A stretch of DNA of 64,000 bases from an uncultured Bacillota bacterium (GTDB lineage Bacteria > Bacillota > Clostridia > Christensenellales > UBA1242). The stretch spans positions 175,655-239,654 of the forward strand of contig CASDUK010000003.1 in the NCBI GenBank assembly GCA_949283975.1, read 5' to 3'. Position numbers and translations under genes: made by a program. This document shows positions 17,465-23,823 of the stretch, one piece after another (positions within the stretch are counted from its first letter, which is position 1; every line of letters starts with the position of its first letter). The notes under the pieces are model-generated. The model saw only the letters and a list, made by a program, of their open reading frames with translations, ran no database searches and had not been told where the DNA came from.

Positions 17465-18833
17465 TATTATTTTTGTCGGAAACACTTCAATAGACAAAAA
17501 ACAATGTGTTAATGGCAAATATGTCGAAACTTTGGGAGGTTCAGCATTTAATTCTTACTGTGCAACATTGGCGGTTGACAAACACCAAAACAACAAAATT
17601 TATAGTAACTTTTTAAATAATTTAAAATATATTAACTTGAATAATAGAATTTATAGTCCAAATTATTTTTATATAGATGAAAAACAGAATACTTGTTTAA
17701 GCGATATAAAATCCATAGTTAAATTGGAGAAGAACTTTAATTGTAGACATTTACATATTTCAATTCGAAAAGGAGTTGATTTTCGTTCTTTCTTAGATAG
17801 CAAAATAGAATATGAGACCTTATCTATTGATGTTATGATCCATAGCGTAAAAGATTATGTAGATGACATAAAAGAATTTGCAAGCAAAATAGACTTCTTG
17901 TTTTGCAATATGCAAGAATATGAGTTTTTAAAAAATATTGAAATTAAAGGCGTATTTATAATAACAAATGAGCAAAATCCAGTTGAAATTTATTATAACA
18001 AAGATAAAAATGATTATTATAATGTTCCAAAAATTAAAACTATAAAATCAACCACAGGCGCTGGCGATTCTTTTATTGGAGGCTTTTTATCTGAATATAT
18101 AAAATCTAAGAATATAGATATGTCTGTTGAGAGTGGTATTAAATGTTCACAAATATGCTTGAAGTTATACTCAAACGAACAGTTTAAAAACAAAAAAATC
18201 ACAAAAAAAACAGTAACATTTAAACTTCCTCAAAAAATTATTATCATAGGTCCATCATGTGCAGGGAAAAGTTTTGTAAGTAAAAAACTGCAAGAGAAAT
18301 GGCCTTTATACAAAATTTACGACGACCTTGAAGTATTGAAAGAAAGAGTTGATCTTGACAGTGGCTTAAGCCTTGGTGCAAATTTTCATTATTATAAGAA
18401 CCTTAAATTTGCTACACCAAAAACACAGAAAATGGAGAATGGCACTTTTAAAATTATTGACGAATCATTGTGGAAGGAAGTTATTGAAATAATTTGCAAA
18501 GTTTGCTCAAAATATTCTATAATTGAATTCTCAAGAGGTACAACTTCAAATTCAAAAGAAGAGCAACGGAAAGTTTATATTGAGTATATAAATTATATAG
18601 AAAATATCTTTAAAAATGATAAAATAATAGTTCTTTTTGTTGATAAAAATTATAAAAAAAGGCTTAAAAGAAATATAAAAAGGAAACAAACAGGTGGGCA
18701 TGAAGTAGATATTGAAACTTTTAAAACTTATTACAAATTTTCTTGCAAGCCTTCAAGTTATAAAAATATATTAAAAATAAATTCAAATTTGAATATAGAT
18801 AAGATAATAAAAAAGATAGGAGGAAAAATATGA
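17445..18833 (+). CDS. fusion protein: PfkB/ribokinase-like sugar or nucleoside kinase plus a C-terminal P-loop kinase-like domain
   Basis: The N-half has FVGNTSIDK, GGSAFNS and TTGAGDSFIGGFL (PfkB signatures). The C-half has IIIIGPSCAGKSFVSKKL (Walker A) with a lid-like basic segment. The start could be 17415, 17445 or 17448; I chose 17445 because GGTGG lies upstream. Confidence 0.6.
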   Translation: MMKEFYDIIFVGNTSIDKKQCVNGKYVETLGGSAFNSYCATLAVDKHQNNKIYSNFLNNLKYINLNNRIYSPNYFYIDEKQNTCLSDIKSIVKLEKNFNCRHLHISIRKGVDFRSFLDSKIEYETLSIDVMIHSVKDYVDDIKEFASKIDFLFCNMQEYEFLKNIEIKGVFIITNEQNPVEIYYNKDKNDYYNVPKIKTIKSTTGAGDSFIGGFLSEYIKSKNIDMSVESGIKCSQICLKLYSNEQFKNKKITKKTVTFKLPQKIIIIGPSCAGKSFVSKKLQEKWPLYKIYDDLEVLKERVDLDSGLSLGANFHYYKNLKFATPKTQKMENGTFKIIDESLWKEVIEIICKVCSKYSIIEFSRGTTSNSKEEQRKVYIEYINYIENIFKNDKIIVLFVDKNYKKRLKRNIKRKQTGGHEVDIETFKTYYKFSCKPSSYKNILKINSNLNIDKIIKKIGGKI

Positions 18834-19150
18834 ATTTAAATGAAATCCAAAAACAAATATGGAACAATAAAGTGAAAAAAGGGTTTAACACAACAGATGT
18901 ATGCAAGGAATTTTGCTTTTTGAATGGAGAAGTTGCCGAAGCTTTTGAGGCTTACCATAAAAAGAAAAGTAAAGAGGAATTGGGTTCTGAGCTTGCTGAT
19001 ATTGCTATATATTTGTTAGGCTTATCAGAAATGCTAGGATTTTCATTGGAAGATGAAATTAATACAAAGCTGAAAATAAATGAAAACAGAGTATATCAAA
19101 ATATTAATGGTGTGATGTTAAAAAAGGAAAATAAAGATGATAATGGCTAA
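18830..19150 (+). CDS. MazG-like all-alpha nucleoside triphosphate pyrophosphohydrolase
   Basis: GEVAEAFEAY...ELGSELADIAIYLLGLSEMLGFSLEDEI follows the MazG EExxE/D pattern. The product is 106 aa, with an ATGA overlap to the upstream gene. Confidence 0.6.
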   Translation: MNLNEIQKQIWNNKVKKGFNTTDVCKEFCFLNGEVAEAFEAYHKKKSKEELGSELADIAIYLLGLSEMLGFSLEDEINTKLKINENRVYQNINGVMLKKENKDDNG

Positions 19151-19334
19151 GTTAATAGAGAAACAAAACGATAGACTTATTTTTATAACATTAGACAATA
19201 AAAAAATTATAACTTCTTATATAAACTCTTTAAAAATAGGAGAAGATTATATTTTTCAAACATCTACATCTGGATATTCTAAAATAAGCGATTCTAAAGG
19301 TAACATTTTTAATGTGTTAATTTTACCTAATTAA
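19137..19334 (+). CDS. small hypothetical protein (65 aa), last gene of the island operon
   Basis: It overlaps the MazG-like gene by 14 nt, follows AAGGAAA, and shares the operon's strand and composition. I recognise no motif. Confidence 0.4.
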   Translation: MIMAKLIEKQNDRLIFITLDNKKIITSYINSLKIGEDYIFQTSTSGYSKISDSKGNIFNVLILPN

Positions 19335-19400
19335 CAAATGTCTACGAATTTGTGTTTGATTTTTGCAAAGTTTATGAAAATTGTGCCGTTTTGTGATGTG

Positions 19401-19515
19401 TTTTTATGTTTTGTTTTTGTTTAATGTTGTATATTAAAAGACAAAGCCTATCCGCCTTATTTTATAAGGGCTATAGGCTTTTTATTAAATGATAAAACAT
19501 GATAAAAAATGGTGT
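19401..19515 (+). repeat. scaffold repeat B, copy 1 (contains the operon terminator at 19443-19484)
   Basis: TTTTTATGTTTTGTTTTTGTTTAATGTTGTATATTAAAAGACAAAGCCTAT...ATAGGCTTTTT...AATGGTGT recurs at 21756-21864 with scattered substitutions and short indels. The hairpin AAAGCCTAT/ATAGGCTTT is followed by a T-run. Confidence 0.75.
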
Positions 19516-19549
19516 AAAAATAGCAAATTATGGCATTTTAAAGTGTTTG

Positions 19550-19733
19550 CTACGGAACCAAAGGTCAGGGGTTCGAATCCCTTGCGGCGCACCACTAAAT
19601 TCCCTTTATTTTAGGGCAATCTAGCGATTTTGACAGTCGCTAGATTTTTGTTTTAACCACAAAATTATAAAATAATTTTTATAACAAATTCATTTTTAAT
19701 TACCACAATCGGCAAAATATAAATAATACAATT
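19550..19733 (+). repeat. right copy of the 184-bp direct repeat; 19550-19594 is a displaced 3' half of tRNA-Arg (attR-like)
   Basis: CTACGGAACCAAAGGTCAGGGGTTCGAATCCCTTGCGGCGCACCA is identical to tRNA positions 12382-12426. No 5' half is present. Confidence 0.85.
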
Positions 19734-19737
19734 AGGC

Positions 19738-19962
19738 TTTATGCAAATTATATTATCGGAAGTCGAACTTGCTTGCAAGAGTGAGACTGATGGTTATACA
19801 TACTATGTGATGAGTGTGCGTAACACACAAATTCATTAGAATTGATAAAATTTTATGATAATAAAATTTTATCATCACATAGTCTATGTTTTGTGTTGCA
19901 TTATTTTGCGATGTGTTTTATTGTGTTGTTTTATAAAAAATAAGGGCAGGAATTTTATTCCT
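19738..19962 (+). repeat. scaffold repeat A, copy 2, interrupted by a 134-bp hairpin-rich insertion (about 19751-19884)
   Basis: The flanks align to 12688-12776. The insertion holds nested inverted repeats: ACTATGTGATGA/TCATCACATAGT, GTGTG/CACAC and GATAAAATTTTA/TAAAATTTTATC. Confidence 0.7.
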
Positions 19963-19997
19963 AATTATTCCTAGATATTGATGCTTTACAAAAATAA

Positions 19998-20006
19998 TGT
20001 TATAAT
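19998..20006 (+). promoter_or_regulatory. extended -10 element upstream of the ABC-F gene
   Basis: TGtTATAAT lies 24 nt upstream of the ATG at 20031, and RBS AGGAG lies between them. Confidence 0.4.
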
Positions 20007-20030
20007 GAAAAAGAGTTAGGAGTTATATTA

Positions 20031-21716
20031 ATGATTATTTTAGATGTAAATAAAGTATCAAAAAATTTTGGTTATGGTCAACTTTTTGAGAATCTTTCGT
20101 TTTCACTAAATGAAGGAGAGTCTATTTCTATAGTAGGACCTAATGGTAGTGGCAAGTCAACATTACTAAAAATGATAGCAGGACTTGAAAAAACAGATAG
20201 CGGTAGCATCAACATAAAGAAAGGTTATAAAGTTGCTTATTTAGATCAAACAGGTTCCAGCATAATAGATGATAGATGTGTGTATGATATTTTAAAAGAT
20301 GCTTTTTCAGAATTGAATAAGATGGAAGCACGATTAAACCAATTGCAAGATTTATTAAATGATACAAGTTTATCTGAAGAGCAGTATAACAATGTTATGG
20401 TAAAATATTGTGACTTAATGGAAAAATTTTCGATGGCTGGTGGCTATGATATTGAAACAAATATAAATACAATTGTTGAAGGATTAAAAATAGATAAAGA
20501 TATATTAAATCGTAGTTATAACGATTTGAGCGGTGGTGAAAAAACACTTATTCAACTTGCTAAAGCATTATTAATTAAGCCTGATTTATTTTTGCTTGAT
20601 GAGCCTACAAATCATTTGGACATTAATAGAATTGAATGGTTGGAAAGTTATATCAAATCTTTTAAAGGTGCCACAGTTATAGTTTCACATGATAGATATT
20701 TCCTTGATAAAATGAGTAATAAAATTTTAGAAATAGATACCCCCAATGTAAATTTATATTATACAAATTATACGGGTTATTTAGAAGAAAAGGAAAGAAA
20801 TTTTCAAAAAGCAATGGCAGACTTCAATTCACAACAATTATATTTTAAACGCCTACAGGAGCAAATTAACTATTTTGCAGATGTGGGAATGAACAGAAAC
20901 AGTTCTACAATGACAAAAAGAGCAGCTGTATTACAGGCAAGATTAGACAGAGAAAAAGCAAAGGCTTTAAAAAAACCAAAAGAACATAGAAGATTAAATA
21001 TAGGTTTTGATGAAGAACGAAAATCAAGTAAAAGAGTTATAGCAGTTGATGAGTTAGCCGTAACATTACCTAATGGGAAAAAAATACTTGACGGCATAAA
21101 TTTAAATATCTGTTCTGGCGAAAGAGTTGCTTTGATTGGAGCTAATGGTAGTGGCAAGTCAACATTTATTAAAACGATAATGGGGGAGCAAGACCTATCT
21201 ATAAAAGGCAATATTTTTGTGGGACCAAGAGTTAAAATAGGTTATCTGCCACAAATTATTAGTTTTCCTAACGATAATCAGACCCTTCTAGAATATTTCC
21301 AAGCTGAAAATGGAATTGCAGAACAAAGAGCAAGGCAAATATTAGCGGGATTTCAATTTTATAAAGAAGATGTCAATAAAAAAGTGAAAAATCTTTCAGG
21401 CGGTGAGAAAATAAGAGTAAAACTTGCTGAACTTTTACAACAAAAAATTAATACACTAATTTTTGATGAACCAACAAACCATATAGATATTCCTACAAAA
21501 GAGGTCCTTGAAGAAGCAATTGAAGATTTCGATGGAACTCTAATATTTGTTAGTCATGATAGATATTTTATCAATAAATTTGCCGATAAGACAGTAGAGT
21601 TTAAAGATGGAAGTATTGAAACTTATTTGGGCGGTTATGATGATTACAAAGTTGAAAAGGCTAATCGAGAAAAATTATTAAATAATAATGTTACAGAACA
21701 AAAAAAGAAAATATAA
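20031..21716 (+). CDS. ABC-F family ATPase (two ABC domains, no TM domain); possible ARE-type ribosomal protection protein
   Basis: Walker A is GPNGSGKST and GANGSGKST. The signatures are LSGGEKTLIQLAKALL and LSGGEKIRVKLAELL. Walker B is LLDEPTNHLD and IFDEPTNHID. A linker of about 100 aa joins the domains (YYTNYTGYLEEKE...RLDREKAKALKKPKE). Confidence 0.85.
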   Translation: MIILDVNKVSKNFGYGQLFENLSFSLNEGESISIVGPNGSGKSTLLKMIAGLEKTDSGSINIKKGYKVAYLDQTGSSIIDDRCVYDILKDAFSELNKMEARLNQLQDLLNDTSLSEEQYNNVMVKYCDLMEKFSMAGGYDIETNINTIVEGLKIDKDILNRSYNDLSGGEKTLIQLAKALLIKPDLFLLDEPTNHLDINRIEWLESYIKSFKGATVIVSHDRYFLDKMSNKILEIDTPNVNLYYTNYTGYLEEKERNFQKAMADFNSQQLYFKRLQEQINYFADVGMNRNSSTMTKRAAVLQARLDREKAKALKKPKEHRRLNIGFDEERKSSKRVIAVDELAVTLPNGKKILDGINLNICSGERVALIGANGSGKSTFIKTIMGEQDLSIKGNIFVGPRVKIGYLPQIISFPNDNQTLLEYFQAENGIAEQRARQILAGFQFYKEDVNKKVKNLSGGEKIRVKLAELLQQKINTLIFDEPTNHIDIPTKEVLEEAIEDFDGTLIFVSHDRYFINKFADKTVEFKDGSIETYLGGYDDYKVEKANREKLLNNNVTEQKKKI

Positions 21717-21755
21717 CATAGATGATGAACGTTCATTATAAATAAGCATTCTACA

Positions 21756-21864
21756 TTTTTTATGTTTTGCTTTTGTTTGATGTTGCATATTAAAAGACAA
21801 ACCTATTTGCCTTAAAGGGTTATAGGCTTTTAATTAAATAATAAAATAAGATAGAAAATGGTGT
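21756..21864 (+). repeat. scaffold repeat B, copy 2 (hairpin partly degraded)
   Basis: It aligns to 19401-19515, and similarity ends at AATGGTGT in both copies. Confidence 0.7.
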
Positions 21865-21968
21865 CTTTCTTCAACATATACATAAAATGTTTCCAAACAA
21901 TTTGAAAATTGTTTAAATTTTGTTGGAGCAGAATAAAAATTGTGGTAAACTAATGTCAGGAGGATTAT

Positions 21969-22565
21969 ATGAAAAAAATTTTATCAATGTTTCCAGTTAT
22001 GATTGCTTTGTTGGTTTTAGCGCTTGGCGGCCTTGGGCTTTACATTGGCCTTTTGGCAAGGCCAGTTAGTTATGGAATGAACTATACTTATTCCACAACA
22101 ATTGAAGGAACGGGCTATGAAGAGGTTGACGGGCAAACGCAAAACGTTACCATCAATTTTGAAAGTGATGAGAAGGCAGTTTTGAAAATGGAAATGAATG
22201 GCGAGGTTAGCGAAATTACATATTGGACCGTTAGAAACGGCAACAAAGTTTGGTTTGTTGTAGACACAAATTCTTTTACATACGAGCAGTTTAAAGAGGC
22301 AATTAAAGAAATTAAAGCAGACGCTAACGAGTGGGACGCAATTTGGAGCGAAGATAGCAGCGATATCCAAATCTTTCACGTTAATGCTTTTGAGATTTCA
22401 AGCAATTTATACCCCGACACATTTAAATGCACGGGCGCAATTGTCTTTGCCGCAGTTTGGGGAGTTGTTGAAGTTGCGTTAATTGCTGTTGCCGCTCTTT
22501 CGCTAACATTCTACCTTAAAGGTAAAAAACAAGAAAGCAAGCCCGCTGAAACAGAGCAGCAATAA
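21969..22565 (+). CDS. hypothetical membrane-anchored protein (N- and C-terminal TM helices)
   Basis: RBS is AGGAGG. There are hydrophobic segments at both ends of a 198-aa product, and I recognise no catalytic motif. Confidence 0.6.
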   Translation: MKKILSMFPVMIALLVLALGGLGLYIGLLARPVSYGMNYTYSTTIEGTGYEEVDGQTQNVTINFESDEKAVLKMEMNGEVSEITYWTVRNGNKVWFVVDTNSFTYEQFKEAIKEIKADANEWDAIWSEDSSDIQIFHVNAFEISSNLYPDTFKCTGAIVFAAVWGVVEVALIAVAALSLTFYLKGKKQESKPAETEQQ

Positions 22566-22587
22566 AAAGATTGTAAACAATTAAAAA

Positions 22588-22611
22588 GCCCATGTAATCA
22601 TGGGCTTTTTT
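22588..22611 (+). terminator. rho-independent terminator
   Basis: GCCCATG-taat-CATGGGC followed by TTTTTT. Confidence 0.75.
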
Positions 22612-22662
22612 GTTTTATGAATTACAACTAATAGTTTAAAACAAATTGAACATATTAATAGC

Positions 22663-23490
22663 ATGAAAAAAAGTTTTCTGTTGGCCCTTGTTTTAATAGT
22701 TTTGGTTGGTTTGTGTTTTGGAGGATGCTCTAAAAACACAGTTGAAATTAATTTAATAGAAAAGTGTAACATGCTTTCAACAAACTTGGTTAGCGCGTTT
22801 TTTAATCAATATAGTCTTCCAGATGCAACAGATGAGAATTTTTATGTTTTAGTTTCGCAAGAGGAGGAGCAAGACTTAACAGCGGTAACAATTAACAATG
22901 TTATATACAAAAAAGACATGCTGGTTAAGTTTAGCGTTGGGAACAACAATTTTTTGGAAGAGCCAGTTTGGCGGCTTGAGGAAGGAAAATTTTATGTTGC
23001 GCTGCCAACGCTTTTTGTTGAGGCAAAGGGCGGAATTACAAAAATTGAGGCGGGAAACAAGGTTTATATGCTAAGAGTTTATGAGGACTTTGGGGGAATT
23101 AGCCTTGGAAAAGTTGGCGCATATGGGGAAATTGAGGGCGCAGGGGCAAGCAAAACAACAGATTCGTCTGGAAAAACTGTTGTAACCCACACTCGCCAAA
23201 GCGCAAAAACCTTTGTTGGTTGGGAACTTTTAAAGAGCGGAAAGCCAATTGAAGAGGGAAAAATTATCTACACCAAAAAACTCTATGAAAAAGAAAAGAC
23301 AATTTCCTATGGAGTTGATGTTTCCGTTAACTCAAAAATTAAAGGCTATTCCAGCGGGCTTTATAATTATTATGAAAACGGAGATGTAAAAACCCCGCTA
23401 AACCGAGTTATTGACTACACAATTGCAATTCCAAACATTGGAAACATAAATTTTGAAATAAAAATGTTTGAAAAAACCCCGGAAAGATAA
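22663..23490 (+). CDS. hypothetical lipoprotein
   Basis: The signal peptide has the lipobox LCFGGC (MKKSFLLALVLIVLVGLCFGGCSKN). The product is 275 aa with no recognisable domain. Confidence 0.6.
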   Translation: MKKSFLLALVLIVLVGLCFGGCSKNTVEINLIEKCNMLSTNLVSAFFNQYSLPDATDENFYVLVSQEEEQDLTAVTINNVIYKKDMLVKFSVGNNNFLEEPVWRLEEGKFYVALPTLFVEAKGGITKIEAGNKVYMLRVYEDFGGISLGKVGAYGEIEGAGASKTTDSSGKTVVTHTRQSAKTFVGWELLKSGKPIEEGKIIYTKKLYEKEKTISYGVDVSVNSKIKGYSSGLYNYYENGDVKTPLNRVIDYTIAIPNIGNINFEIKMFEKTPER

Positions 23491-23592
23491 AAAAAGGGGT
23501 TTTATTTTAACCCCCCAACCCCGAAAAAGCGGGGGTGAAACGAAAAATTTGAAAGAAAAGTAAAAAAAATTTTAAAAACTGCCCCAAAAAAC

Positions 23593-23619
23593 TTGACAGG
23601 GGGGGGGGGGCAGTACAAT
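23593..23619 (+). promoter_or_regulatory. candidate promoter with a (G)12 homopolymer filling the -35/-10 spacer
   Basis: TTGACA (23593-98), G12 (23599-23610), CAG, then TACAAT (23614-19). The present spacer is 15 nt. Confidence 0.4.
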
Positions 23620-23823
23620 AGTATGTAAGACCACGGAAAGTTTTTTTGGTTGAAATGCCCTTTGGCGGTCTTGAAAAAAGAAAATTTTAAATCCAATTAG
23701 ATTTGCTTAAGGGCAATTATACCTCGGGAAAACAAAAAAATTTCGTGGAAAAAGGCGTGTTTACGGACAGCCGTTAACATGTTTTTAAAAAATTGATTTA
23801 AACTAAAAAAAGGGGGAAAGAAG

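Larger units (their letters stand above)
12427..19549 (+). mobile_element. tRNA-Arg-associated genomic island with no recognisable integrase or transposase
   Basis: It is bounded by the intact tRNA on the left and a displaced 3' tRNA half on the right (19550-19594). It is markedly more AT-rich than the flanks. Spot counts of 60-nt lines give about 15-30 % GC inside and about 40-57 % in dinB. The cargo is a single operon. Confidence 0.7.

Noticed and set aside
12427-21968. Search for an integrase, transposase or excisionase that would make the island autonomous
   Set aside because: No ORF on either strand shows tyrosine- or serine-recombinase or DDE motifs, and every ORF of 60 aa or more is accounted for. 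The island is therefore reported as integrase-less and not as a prophage or ICE.
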